From contig JAQGDQ010000673.1 of the NCBI GenBank assembly GCA_030141605.1, positions 1-64,000 of the forward strand: a stretch of DNA of 64,000 nt, read 5' to 3'. Numbering within the stretch: the stretch's first letter is position 1; each line of letters starts with the position of its first letter. The position numbers and the translations under genes are program-made. The stretch is from Tubiluchus corallicola. Its lineage: Eukaryota > Animalia > Priapulida. Below, piece after piece: positions 1 through 12,653 of the stretch. The notes under the pieces were generated by a model, which searched no databases, was not told where the DNA came from, and was given only the letters and a program-made list of their open reading frames with translations.

Positions 1-459
1 GTTGTTACTGCTGTTGTTGTAGTAGTAGTTGTTGTTGTTGTTGTAACTGCTGTTGTTGTAGTAGTAGTAGTAGTAGTTGTTGTTGTTGTAACTGCTGTTG
101 TTGTTGTAGTAGTAGTTGTTGTTACTGCTGTTGTTGTTATTGTTGCTGTTGTTGTTGATATTGCTGTTGTTGTTGTTGCTGTTCCTGCTGTTGTTGCCGA
201 TGCTATGTTTGTGATTGTTGTTTTCATCGTCGTCTATTGCCATCATTGTTGTTGTCAACAGAACAAGGTGACCAGTGACAGGTAAAATTTTAATTGATTT
301 AATAAGTGATCAAACAACACTATAACATCTACAGGTTTAAGTGTGGTATGCCATTACATTGTTAAGAATGCCAAATAAAGCTTAACCTATCAGTTTGTTC
401 AAAGGCTTACTAAATAAACTTGACCTTATGTTGACCTTCAAGAATCATCGGTCAATGTT

Positions 460-1130
460 CATCAAGGCACAGGAAAACCCTCCACTTACATAAAGCTTAA
501 AAAAATTCATCCTGAAATTATATAGCACTTACGTGCTACCTTTTCGTATGCATGGCTTGCACAAGGCTGTATAAAACGCGTAAATTTAAACTTCCGCGAT
601 GACCGTTTGGCGCAGCCATTTTGATGGTAGGTCGTTTGAAACAAGTTTTGATAACATTGTGTAATGTTTGAAAAAATAATCAGAGCATTCGTAGCTTACA
701 TGTTGCTAATTAAGTAAAATTTTAAATTACTGTATCTTGTCAATAAGATTAAAAATACGTTTTTGGTTAGTGAGTGGCGCACCCTGGAGGGTGAGTCAGC
801 GACATTTTACCAATTGGCACAAACATTTTAAATGATTAGTCTAGTTACATAAGTCTTTCCAGCAGGTAAGTGAAAATCTAAGCGATATAGATTTGCACGG
901 AAAGTGTTTTGGGTCATAATTTAACATTGCCTTTTGTTCCCCTGATTTACGTGGCGTAGTGACGTCATGTAATGGCGCCGTTGGAACAGTACTGCGGGAT
1001 TTAAAATAAAAACAAACGAAAATTCCTTTCAACACGAATACGATATGTGCATAAAATTGCTATAAAGTAATTTAATTTTTAAGGCGATTTTTCTGAAACC
1101 AACTTCAGGTTCCCCTTTTCTTGTCCTTTA
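460..1130 (-). mobile_element. Non-autonomous DNA element with TTAA-AGG...CCT-TTAA-type ends (Kolobok-like); other copies near 18792-19460, 20690-21290, 25722-25930, 36680-37245, 37587-38590
   Basis: Shared internal motif (acctgctggaaagacttatgtaactaga ... aaaatggctgcgcctaacgg) in most copies; termini ttaaaggacaagaaaagg / ggttttcttgtgc(c)tt. Confidence 0.6.
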
Positions 1131-2014
1131 AGATTTCCTTTCACAAAATAGCGAGAGCCTAGATTTCAATTAAAAAGTTTATTAAATATTGAAATTAAGT
1201 TAAAATTCATATATTACCGGTAAATAAACTAGCGACAGCGGTTCATTAAGATCCCCCGTTCGATTTTTCAGCTTGATTTGCGAATGAGAAACATTTCTCC
1301 ATTTTCCTTTCACGAAATAACAAGCGAGAGCCCAGATTTCAATTAAATAGAAAAAGTTTATTAAATATTTCACACAGAACGATAATTTTCAACACGACAA
1401 TATAGAAATGCAATACCATTGAAGAACATTACAAAGTCGTACATATGCAACCGAATGCTGTAACACCATCCAAACTTATCATACGTCTATATTAACTGTT
1501 TTTTGAAGAAATAAATGTATACAAAGTATACAACTAGTAATAATTTTTAAGAAAATCAAGCGAAATAACATACTACATGATCAATAATGGTATCTGACTT
1601 CATAATTAGGTTTTGCCAGTAACAAATTTAGGTTATTTACATGATGATTGATTGATTTTGATCATAATGAATGCATAGTTATATAAACAAACATTGGAAG
1701 CTCAACATTGCAAAAAAGAGGAATCTATTTTGTAATTTAACTCTTTAAAACTTTAACGTGAAAAACTTGAACCAAGTCTTAAGGAAGAGACCTCGTAAAA
1801 ACAACCCGACTTTATTAAAACTTTTATATTAAAAACATTCAATGTTATATGACATTTATATTATATATATAATATTATATATAACGTTTATATTATATAA
1901 CATTCAACCAGTTTATATAGGCAGTTGTTTATATTTGTCAATTTTCCACCGTTGATGACAGCAGCAGCTAGTTGAAACGTTTGGCACGATTTTAACTTTT
2001 TAATGTAAATGTGT

Positions 2015-2281
2015 TCAGGGCCTATTTCAGCCTAGGCGAGGCCCGGGGAAGTGGGGCATGTGAGGCCCCATCGTTGGCGCCCAGAAAATTTTTGAACTGC
2101 TAGAACGTTGGAGAAGCATTTTCGAAGAGAAAATATGGAGTTATACAGTTGTTAAAGGAAAGAACAATTGAAAGAAAAATTGCTTTATTCTCAAGACAAG
2201 ACCTTAAAGCTTGTCAATACTGGCAAACGGCGCGCATGCGGCCAGAGAGAGAGAGAGTGAGAGAGAGAAGAGAGAGAGAGA

Positions 2282-2317
<36 letters not shown>

Positions 2318-2425
2318 GCAGCATGTTCGCATAAAGCAAAAAAATGTTACCTTGGCGCGAGGTCCCCCTGGAGGGTGAGGCCCCGGGAAAGTATCCCCAC
2401 TTCCCCCCTTGAAATAGGCCCTGAA
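2015..2425. mobile_element. MITE with TIR ttcagggcctatttca / tgaaataggccctgaa and internal (GA)n
   Basis: Perfect 16-bp terminal inverted repeat; mirrored copy at ~17486-17897. Confidence 0.7.
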
Positions 2426-3137
2426 TAATGTAATATTTTTGATGTAAAAGTTTTAATAAAGTCGAGTTGTTTTTAACTACAAAAGTCTTGGTAAATTTTT
2501 GAAAATTCTGGGAAAATAATAGTGACACACCTATATAAACTGATTGCATCTTTTTTATTTATTTATTTAATATATCCACAACGATCATTACAGCATTGTA
2601 CATAAAAGTATTTAATAACATATTTATTATTATATACTAAGATGCCCAGCCTGTGGGGTACTCAAGAAGTAATTTCTTGTTTAGAGCACCCCAAATGAAT
2701 GTGGATTGAGTGTAATAGAAAAGAGCAGTAAAGGAGTAGAAAAGAGAGGTTAATAGAGAATAGAAAGAAAGAGAAAGATGTGATGGTATCTGTATGAAGT
2801 AACGTGAACTATAGTAATGTAAAACTTGACATAGCCAGCAACGCAATGGATTCCGACAGGGACAGCAGCGTAATTAATCAAATTGATTTATTCTGTATAA
2901 TTAGAAAAGATTTCACTTTTAAGATTTCTTTTGAAGTTATTTATAGATAAAGAATTTTTTATGTATTCGTTGATGTTATTCCAAAGTCTAGGGCCAGTGT
3001 TAGTGATGAAGTGCCTTGCTACGTCACTCCTGCAATACTTAATAAAGAAATTCATTAAATCTTGTTGAGTAATGTCTTACGTTAATAGATAATGGGTTTA
3101 AAAAGAAAGCGGGGTGAAGTTTGAAAAGTGGTTTTAA

Positions 3138-3193
3138 AAATTCACTACTGATGATGACTGCAGTAGCTGTGTCGAAACGTTTGACATGAATTT
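3138..3193 (+). ncRNA. Minimal hammerhead-ribozyme-like motif of the Penelope-like-element type
   Basis: CTGATGA (3148) - tGAC...GTC stem II - GAAACGTT; flanking aaattca/tgaattt can pair as an imperfect stem I; decayed homologue near 1948-1985. Confidence 0.45.
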
Positions 3194-3299
3194 AACAATG
3201 TAAATTAAAAGATTTAATAAAGTTTGTGGCATTTTAAGTTACGTAGTTTGTTCTCTGTAAACTGATGTACTGATATTTTGTTCTATTTTTATATTGCAG

Positions 3300-3329
3300 C
3301 ATTAACAGCAGAGCCCATGTCAAATGGAA
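3300..3329 (+). CDS. Eph: Eph receptor, 30-nt juxtamembrane micro-exon (xLTAEPMSNG)
   Basis: tttttatattgcag acceptor and gtaagt donor; phase 1-1; joins in frame to the 4199 exon giving ...SNGMTTPLF. Confidence 0.7.
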
Positions 3330-3350
3330 GTAAGTATCATTTAGTCACTA

Positions 3351-3722
3351 TAGTCAACCCTCGTTAAACCGGATGTCCGATTTATCCGATATGCCTATAT
3401 ATGGTCTATATTATACAAGAATAATCACCTTAATAAGGCCTATATACATTGCACTATATACTATACTGTATATTACTTTAAAATAGTTAACCTGTGAGGA
3501 TAAAGAAATTAGCGGGTGCTTTCGATGGGCTAAAATCCTAGCAGCCTGGGCGGCACCGCGAGCCGCTTCGGCCCGTCAATGGCTCGTGGTGAGTTGGTAG
3601 GCCGTGTTGTGTTTAGCTCTTTAGTGACTCGGTCGGAAATCAGTCAGTTTCCTTTACCACGGATGACGTCCATCTTATTCCATATCCAGGCTAACGGGGT
3701 CCAGTTTAACGAGGGTTGACTG
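3351..3722. mobile_element. Tc1/mariner(pogo)-type MITE
   Basis: TIR agtcaaccctcgttaaac / gtttaacgagggttgactg with flanking TA. Confidence 0.75.
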
Positions 3723-4198
3723 TATCAGTTTAGATCAGTGGTTCCCAACCATCCGGTTTTTGTAATGTGCAATTGAAAACGGTTTTCGAATAATTTAACA
3801 AATAAACGAATAAAATACAGTGTTCCCTCACTTATCGCGGCCCACCCACGATAAGTGAATTTCCGCGAAGTAGGGGCGCTATACTTATTGTGGTAGTTAT
3901 ACATTATTCGAAGTCTTTATAAACCCTCCCCACACTCTTATACATAACCATTTCCCATTCCCTTAATATCTTTTCCCATACTGTACCTTTTAAAAAACTT
4001 TACTTAAACGTTCATAAAAGTGTTTTAAACTCTTAAACCTTGTAGCATCTCAGGCGGGCGCAAGTACTACATTTCGTTTTTGGTGTGTATTCATCAGCCG
4101 AATAAATACACTATTTACTGTAAATGGTAATTTTTTATGGTTTATAATATTCTTTTAATATATGTATATGTTTAATGTAATGAATTCATTTCTTGCAG

Positions 4199-4339
4199 TG
4201 ACCACACCTTTGTTTCCGTCGGCACCCAAGCGAACTTACGTCGATCCGCACACGTATGAAGATCCAAATCAAGCGGTGCGAGAGTTTGCCCGCGAGATCG
4301 ATCCGTCGCTGATAATGATCGAAGCCATTATCGGTGGAG
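4199..4339 (+). CDS. Eph: Eph receptor exon: juxtamembrane tyrosines and kinase start
   Basis: [23 protein letters not shown]...IIGG is the Eph juxtamembrane signature; ttgcag / gtacgt splice sites. Confidence 0.95.
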
Positions 4340-4785
4340 GTACGTTTGATTTAAAAGAAACCATTACGGCACATGCTGCCAGCTTTCTCTCTAACGGCAA
4401 ACTTGTCAGTGTGAACTGCTTTGCGAGTTACTGTCGGCAAGTTATGGCAAACTGTCCGACAGCTGTTGCGAGTTGATTTTCTGCGAGTTACTGTCTAAAG
4501 TCAACACCTCGACGAGTTACTCTTTTACACTTCTCGCAGCGTATAGAAAAGTGGGTGCCATGGTCGCCTCGCTCTTACTGTGAGAGAGTAACTCGCTAAT
4601 TCTAATTTGAATGCGCTTGCGAGTTACTTGACGGGAAAACTCGCTAGTGTGAATGCGCCATTAGACACCTAAATACCAGGAAAGCCCTCCTGTCGTTACA
4701 AAACGGTTTTGTTCTAAGTTTTTTTGCAATTTCGGTCAAGTGTGTACGCCTGTGAGAGAGAGAAAACTCTTTGCAAATACCGTTG

Positions 4786-7535
4786 TTTACATTACACCCA
4801 ATTAGCGAATTAATTACATTACACCCAATTAGCGAATTAATTACATTACACCCAATTAGCGAATTAATTACATTACACCCAATTAGCGAATTAATTACAT
4901 TACACCCAATTAGCGAATTAATTACATTACACCCAATTAGCGAATTAATTACATTACACCCAATTAGCGAATTAATTACATTACACCCAATTAGCGAATT
5001 AATTACATTACACCCGATTAGCGAATTAATTACATTACACCCGATTAGCGAATTAATTACATTACACCCAATTAGCGAATTAATTACATTACACCCAATT
5101 AGCGAATTAATTACATTACACCCGATTAGCGAATTAATTACATTACACCCGATTAGCGAATTAATTACATTACACCCGATTAGCGAATTAATTACATTAC
5201 ACCCGATTAGCGAATTAATTACATTACACCCGATTAGCGAATTAATTACATTACACCCGATTAGCGAATTAATTACATTACACCCGATTAGCGAATTAAT
5301 TACATTACACCCAATTAGCGAATTAATTACATTACACCCGATTAGCGAATTAATTACATTACACCCAATTAGCGAATTAATTACATTACACCCGATTAGC
5401 GAATTAATTACATTACACCCGATTAGCGAATTAATTACATTACACCCGATTAGCGAATTAATTACATTACACCCGATTAGCGAATTAATTACATTACACC
5501 CGATTAGCGAATTAATTACATTACACCCGATTAGCGAATTAATTACATTACACCGATTAGCGAATTAATTACATTACACCCGATTAGCGAATTAATTACA
5601 TTACACCAAATTAGCGAATTAATTACATTACACCCGATTAGCGAATTAATTACATTACACCCAATTAGCGAATTAATTACATTACACCCGATTAGCGAAT
5701 TAATTACATTACACCCAATTAGCGAATTAATTACATTACACCCAATTAGCGAATTAATTACATTACACCCGATTAGCGAATTAATTACATTACACCCGAT
5801 TAGCGAATTAATTACATTACACCCAATTAGCGAATTAATTACATTACACCCAATTAGCGAATTAATTACATTACACCCGATTAGCGAATTAATTACATTA
5901 CACCCGATTAGCGAATTAATTACATTACACCCGATTAGCGAATTAATTACATTACACCCGATTAGCGAATTAATTACATTACACCCAATTAGCGAATTAA
6001 TTATATTACACCCGATTAGCGAATTAATTACATTACACCCGATTAGCGAATTAATTACATTACACCCGATTAGCGAATTAATTACATTACACCCGATTAG
6101 CGAATTAATTACATTACACCCGATTAGCGAATTAATTACATTACACCCGATTAGCGAATTAATTACATTACACCCGATTAGCGAATTAATTACATTACAC
6201 CCGATTAGCGAATTAATTACATTACACCCGATTAGCGAATTAATTACATTACACCCGATTAGCGAATTAATTACATTACACCCGATTAGCGAATTAATTA
6301 CATTACACCCGATTAGCGAATTAATTACATTACACCCGATTAGCGAATTAATTACATTACACCCGATTAGCGAATTAATTACATTACACCCAATTAGCGA
6401 ATTAATTACATTACACCCAATTAGCGAATTAATTACATTACACCCAATTAGCGAATTAATTACATTACACCCGATTAGCGAATTAATTACATTACACCCG
6501 ATTAGCGAATTAATTACATTACACCAAATTAGCGAATTAATTACATTACACCCGATTAGCGAATTAATTACATTACACCCAATTAGCGAATTAATTACAT
6601 TACACCAAATTAGCGAATTAATTACATTACACCCAATTAGCGAATTAATTACATTACACCCAATTAGCGAATTAATTACATTACACCCGATTAGCGAATT
6701 AATTACATTACACCCAATTGGCGAATTAATTACATTACACCCAATTAGCGAATTAATTACATTACACCCGATTAGCGAATTAATTACATTACACCCGATT
6801 AGCGAATTAATTACATTACACCCAATTAGCGAATTAATTACATTACACCCTATTAGCGAATTAATTACATTACACCCAATTAGCGAATTAATTACATTAC
6901 ACCCGATTAGCGAATTAATTACATTACACCCGATTAGCGAATTAATTACATTACACCCGATTAGCGAATTAATTACATTACACCCGATTAGCGAATTAAT
7001 TACATTACACCCGATTAGCGAATTAATTACATTACACCCGATTAGCGAATTAATTACATTACACCCAATTAGCGAATTAATTACATTACACCCAATTAGC
7101 GAATTAATTACATTACACCCGATTAGCGAATTAATTACATTACACCCGATTAGCGAATTAATTACATTACACCCAATTAGCGAATTAATTACATTACACC
7201 CAATTAGCGAATTAATTACATTACACCCGATTAGCGAATTAATTACATTACACCCGATTAGCGAATTAATTACATTACACCCGATTAGCGAATTAATTAC
7301 ATTACACCCGATTAGCGAATTAATTACATTACACCCAATTAGCGAATTAATTACATTACACCCAATTAGCGAATTAATTACATTATACCCGATTAGCGAA
7401 TTAATTACATTACACCCGATTAGCGAATTAATTACATTACACCCGATTAGCGAATTAATTACATTACACCCGATTAGCGAATTAATTACATTACACCCAA
7501 TTAGCGAATTAATTACATTACACCCGATTAGCGAA
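4786..7535. repeat. 27-bp minisatellite (ttacattacaccc[a/g]attagcgaattaa), ~100 copies, intronic in Eph
   Basis: Direct inspection; variation is almost only the A/G position. Confidence 0.97.
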
Positions 7536-7636
7536 TCTTTCTAGAGCCACATCACTTTTCTGTAATGTTTTGTTCGTGTGTCTAGAGTACCTGTGCAGCG
7601 CACCGCTCATTTTCGAACTCGTTTTCTTACCTGTAG

Positions 7637-7822
7637 GGGAATTCGGCGACGTCTGCAAGGGGCGGCTCCGACTTCCGCTGAAGGGAGAGTTCAACGTTGC
7701 CATCAAGACGCTGAAACCGGGGGCCGCCGAAAAGGCGCGACTCGACTTCCTGACCGAGGCCAGTATCATGGGTCAGTTCGACGACAACAACGTTATCTAC
7801 TTACAGGGCGTGGTCACCAAAA
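7637..7822 (+). CDS. Eph: Eph receptor kinase exon (GEFGDVC...VAIKTLK...[11 protein letters not shown])
   Basis: Gly-loop and VAIK motifs; ctgtag / gtaagt; phases match neighbours. Confidence 0.97.
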
Positions 7823-7851
7823 GTAAGTTGTGCGAGATTGTTGTCCTTGTT

Positions 7852-8895
7852 TAAAGGAAAGCCGGACAATTGTGTACAGTGGACTCTCGTTATAAGAATC
7901 ACCTCGGGAGAAGGCAAAGTGATTCTTATAACGAGCATGACACAGAATTGCTTTAAAAAAATTTTATGCACATAAAAATTATTTATTTCCCGAAATTACG
8001 CTAGAAACAACATGAAACAGCATAATGTTTTTCTAGCCTAAAAAAGGACCTAAAAATTACTAGACTAATGTTTTCATTTCATGGTTGGGTAAATATTTCA
8101 CGATGCCAGAATTGCCTTTAAAATTTTTTAATGCACATAATTTTTTTTCCGCCACGCCCACTGTGCAGAACCTTGTAAGCAGGGCGTGAGAGACAATGGA
8201 GTTGGCGCCAAAATTGATTCTACTATCGAAAGAAGGGTGATTCTTATACGAGCGGATTTTCACTAGGAAAATGCCGATTCAATTCGGGAAACGCGATTTT
8301 GATTCTTATATCGAGCTGATTCTTATACGTGTGATTCTTGTAACGAGAGTCCACTGTAAACACAAGTTCAGAATAAAGAATGCTCTAAAATATTGAAAAC
8401 TACAACAGCTTATTCTGAATCAAAGCTTAGATTAAATAATAATTACCTCGGATGCTCAAATTTCGTTAAACTTTCAAAGCTACGTGCGGCTCAGTGAATC
8501 TACTAAGATTGCCAGCAGCGTCTTTTTGTCAGATTCGCGTGGCCGACAAATAGAAGGCGGTACCGTCATAACCTTGATCATGAACAACAGTATTAGTTTC
8601 ATGATGTCATATCATGTAGAGCCCATTTTCGTAACATCATGCGTTTAAACAGTACTGTAACTCTTATGCAAACGTGCTTGATGTGCAAGGGAAGATGCCT
8701 GCCATTGCACAAATTGTGGTTAGTTTCTGACGTAAGCAATAGCTGTGTTCGGTTGCCATTAATTAACTTTCTAAGCTAATCATTCAAATATGAGGAACAG
8801 GAACAATTGTTAACTTTTATAGGCAAGAAAATGTATATTTTGGACAGTAAATTAAAATGAGATTGAGTCTAAACAATCGTCCGGTCTTCCTTTAA
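7852..8895. mobile_element. TTAA-flanked (Kolobok-like) non-autonomous element interrupted by a nested MITE; related pieces at 50312-50580 and 52380-52535
   Basis: TIR taaaggaaagccggac / gtccggtcttccttta; the uninterrupted 5' end is seen at 50312. Confidence 0.65.
7877..8356. mobile_element. Tc1/mariner-type MITE nested in the previous element
   Basis: TIR cagtggactctcgttataagaatcac / gtgattcttgtaacgagagtccactg, TA TSD. Confidence 0.85.
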
Positions 8896-9363
8896 TGAGA
8901 TTTCACTAGTCAGACAATGTTCAGTTCAACTGTGTGTGTGTGCGTGTGTGTGTGCGTGTGTGCGTGCGTGTGCGTGTGTGTTCCCGCCATAAGGCGAGAT
9001 GTTGTCTAAATACAGTAAGTCCTCGCTTAGTGACACTAATGTGTTCCAGCAAAACGCGACATTAAGCGAAGCGTCGTTAAATGAAACCAAACCTTCCACA
9101 TAGGAAATAATGTAAAGAATTGGGATACGTTCCACAATCATATAAATAAAACTTTTTATGGGTTTTACTCATGTTTCTACTGATTAAATCTACGACTTTA
9201 TTTCCTTCAAGAAGAATATCGCTGGACACCCACTGTTCCAGAATTAGTTATAATATTATATTCTTATATCTCCGTTTATGGTTTCTCTTCTCTGTGTATT
9301 CTCTGGACTTGGTGACCACCGGTCATTTTTGGGCAACTTGTATAATAAAATCTTCGTTTTTAG

Positions 9364-9524
9364 GCAATCCGGTCATGATCATTACGGAGTACATGGAAAA
9401 CGGATCACTGGATACGTTCCTGCGGATGAACGACGGCAAGTTTCAGGTGCTGCAGCTGGTCGGAATGCTCCGGGGGATAGCGTCCGGAATGAAGTACTTG
9501 TCAGACATGAGCTACGTGCACCGG
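9364..9524 (+). CDS. Eph: Eph receptor kinase exon ([16 protein letters not shown]...YVHR)
   Basis: Eph kinase motifs; tttttag / gtaagt. Confidence 0.97.
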
Positions 9525-10078
9525 GTAAGTTGACAGGCAACAAATGAATCTGTTCACCTCTGTGAACAGTGATCGTGAACATCTATCAGACATGCTGTGT
9601 TCATGTTCAAGGCACTAGTTAGACCTGCATTTTGCAAATGCATGGCATAAAAAATAGGTGCTGTACCTGTCAATTCAGAGGTGTTCGTTTGTGACGTATA
9701 CACACGTTCGACATCTCATGCATGAGAAGAGCGGTAAATTTAAAATTTGAATTTTTATGCAGTACAAGTATGAGTTTTAGTAGAACACACTAAATCTCTT
9801 ATAGTAGCACTGTACATCAATTGTCTCTTTTACAAACACGTGCAACACGTTTGTAGAATATTTTTGCTGTTGAAAATTTTGTTAGTTTGTGATGTCATCA
9901 ATAGTTAGGCCCCCCTGCTGTCAATTAAGTTTTTAATCTATTATTTAATTATCAGAAATGTTCTTGCAGCATTAATTGTGTTAAAATGTATACTTTTATC
10001 AGACTTGAAAATAGGGTAGTATGTGAAAAATCGTCCTGTCTTCCTTTAATAATGTTTTGTGCTTGTGTGTACTTACAG

Positions 10079-10192
10079 GATTTAGCAGCCAGGAATGTTC
10101 TAGTGAACGACGCCCTTGTGTGCAAGATTGCCGATTTTGGCCTGTCTAGAGAAATAGAAACGAACACAATTGATGGTGCCTACACAACACGG
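10079..10192 (+). CDS. Eph: Eph receptor kinase exon (DLAARN...DFGLSR...YTTR)
   Basis: Catalytic HR|DLAARN and DFG motifs; ttacag / gtaaat. Confidence 0.97.
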
Positions 10193-11169
10193 GTAAATTT
10201 TTCAAGTTTTAACCAAAGTTTTCCGTACAGATAGAGAATTCATCTGTGGACCATTGAAGCCACTTTATCTGCTTGTAAACGTATTTAGCAATGCCACGGA
10301 GAAATCAGCACGGACTCGGTGATTCACTGATTTACCAAGAATTTAAATGTGATTGCTTTGTAACTGCCTATATTTAACTAATACGCTGATCTGTCATTAT
10401 AAAGCCTTATGTTTAGACGATAGTTCATTGTACTCAAAACTTTGTAATCAGAACTGGTGATTTGTTATATGTCTACTTGCATAGCAAAATCGTCCATAAG
10501 TCGTCAATTAAGCTTTTCTAGTTATTTGCATATCCTGAATCTCCATTTCACGAGGATCATTTTGATACCAAGTTCATCGCTCTATGTTATTTCTAAGCTG
10601 AGATAATCCACGTTGAAGTTGAGGTGTAGGCTGCGCACTGGAAAACATAATCTTGAGAAAATCACTGTCAACGTTAGCCATTGTTTTTTGTCACGTTTCT
10701 TCAAAACACTTAGCAACTGCACAGATGTTGGTTGCCATGGACTTTGCAAGAACGCATTGAAGTTATCTTTATATCCACTAGATGGCTCTTCAAGATCTGG
10801 TCTTGTCAACAGAAAAAACCCAAAGCAAAATGATTGCTTCCACGAGCTACAATCGGAGTTTGAAAATACAAGTTTTTTACAATTGCAGTACTAGTTTCTA
10901 TTCAGAAAAGTGGGCATGGGGCTATAAAATTAAATTTTTAGTATTTTTTGGACATTTTCTTGATAATTTGATGCTAGAATACAAAAGTCCAATGTATTAA
11001 CTGTTTGTTTTTCTACAAAACAAAAAATTCGCATTTGAATTTTTTTTTGTTCATTCTTCTTATCATAACATAGTTTTAATTATGCCGATTTATGGACAGT
11101 TTTGGTTTGCAAGCACACATATAGTAAAATTCAACGTCACATTGGAAATCACAGTGTAAAATTTCATCT

Positions 11170-11400
11170 AGTAATAATAATAGTCTCGTTTACGACATAA
11201 CCGAGGGATATTCAAAGCTAACTCAGTATTTATTTCCAAGGTATTCTCATTTATTATTACCCACATGTCACTTTGATAAACCCGTGTGCTTGGTCAAAGA
11301 ACCTGCGATACCATTTTGGTACGACTCAATCGGGAGTTGAACCTGCAACCTTCTGGGTGCGAAGCATCATCTGTTCTTACTTACACGCGGTGCAACTGCC
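11170..11400 (-). mobile_element. tRNA-derived SINE-like element (head resembles tRNA-Ala CGC), (TTA)n-type tail
   Basis: Minus strand gcttcgcacccagaaggttgcaggttcaactcc resembles anticodon arm plus B-box; tail ...ctattattattact. Confidence 0.5.
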
Positions 11401-12329
11401 GCTCCGAAGTTTCTTACTTTTTCGTACTTTTGTGATTTTTCTTCAAGTAACTTGTCCATTTTGGTACGACTCAATCGGGAGTTGAACCTGCAACCTCCTG
11501 GGTGCGAAGCATCATCTGTTCTTACTTACACGCGGTGCAACTGCCGCTCCGAAGTTTCTTACTTTTTCGTACTTTTGTGATTTTTCTTCAAGTAACTTGT
11601 CCATTTTGGTACGACTCAATCGGGAGTTGAACCTGCAACCTTCTGGGTGCGAAGCATCATCTGTTCTTACTTACACGCACTGCAACTGCCGCTCCGAAGT
11701 TTCTCACTTTTTCGTACTTTTGTGATTTTTCTTCAAGTAACTTGTCCATTTTGGTACGACTCAATCGGGAGTTGAACCTGCAACCTTCTGGGTGCGAAGC
11801 ATCATCTGTTCTTACTTACACGCGGTGCAACTGCCGCTCCGAAGTTTCTTACTTTTTCGTACTTTTGTGATTTTTCTTCAAGTAACTTGTCCATTTTGGT
11901 ATGACTCAATCGGGAGTTGAACCTGCAACCTTCTGGGTGCGAAGCATCATCTGTTCTTATTTACACGCGGTGCAACTGCCGCTCCAAAGTTTCTTACTTT
12001 TCGTACTTTTGTGATTTTTCTTCAAGTAACTTGTCCATTTTGGTACGACTCAATCGGGAGTTGAACCTGCAACCTTCTGGGTGCGAAGCATCATCTGTTC
12101 TTACTTACACGCGGTGCAACTGCCGCTCCAAAGTTTCTTACTTTTCGTACTTTTACGACTTTTCTTCAAGTAACTTGTCCATTTTGGTATGACTCAATCG
12201 GGAGTTGAACCTGCAACCTTCTGGGTGCGAAGCATCATCTGTTCTTACTTACACGCGGTGCAACTGCCGCTCCAAAGTTTCTTACTTTTCGTACTTTTAC
12301 GACTTTTCTTCAAGTAACTTGTCCATTTT
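11311..12329. repeat. Seven tandem 144-145-bp units (SINE head plus intron pyrimidine tract) ending at the acceptor of the next Eph exon
   Basis: ccatttt anchor at 11311, 11456, 11601, 11746, 11891, 12035, 12179, 12323. Confidence 0.93.
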
Positions 12330-12332
12330 CAG

Positions 12333-12527
12333 GGTGGAAAGATTCCCGTCCGATGGACGGCGCCCGAAGCCATAGCATTCAGAAAGTTCACCTCCGCCAG
12401 CGACGTGTGGTCGTACGGGATAGTCATGTGGGAGGTAATGGGGTACGGCGAGCGCCCATACTGGAACTGGTCTAATCAAGATGTGATCAAGGCTATTGAA
12501 AAGGGGTACCGCCTACCTGCACCGATG
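12333..12527 (+). CDS. Eph: Eph receptor kinase exon ([14 protein letters not shown]...[22 protein letters not shown]...YRLPAPM)
   Basis: Translated by hand; ttttcag / gtacgt. Confidence 0.97.
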
Positions 12528-12653
12528 GTACGTATTGTGCTTATTTATCTATTTTTTTGCATAAATTGCTCGTAAAATTTAGTAAATGGTGAGATACTAT
12601 CTGTGTCATTTGAATATGACAGAAAACTCGTGTTTCTAAATTGATTTAAATTA

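Larger units (their letters stand above)
1..2532. repeat. Left arm of long inverted duplication (partner 17379-~19900); extends beyond window start
   Basis: Reverse complement of 17379 onward; mirror ORFs 2149-2334(+)/17577-17762(-) are identical; match ends at ...gtgacacacct (2532) vs aggtgtgtcac (17379). Confidence 0.95.

Noticed and set aside
841-1035. Recurrent ...SLTCWKDLCN ORFs (841, 18889, 20721) as a gene family
   Set aside because: Chance ORFs with non-ATG starts inside copies of a non-autonomous transposon
4771-5568. 265-aa ORF of (LHPISELIT)n
   Set aside because: Translation of the 27-bp intronic minisatellite; no ATG start and it lies within an Eph intron
11320-11395. Functional tRNA genes in the 145-bp array
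   Set aside because: Only the anticodon and T arms resemble tRNA; no good acceptor stem or D arm, so SINE-derived
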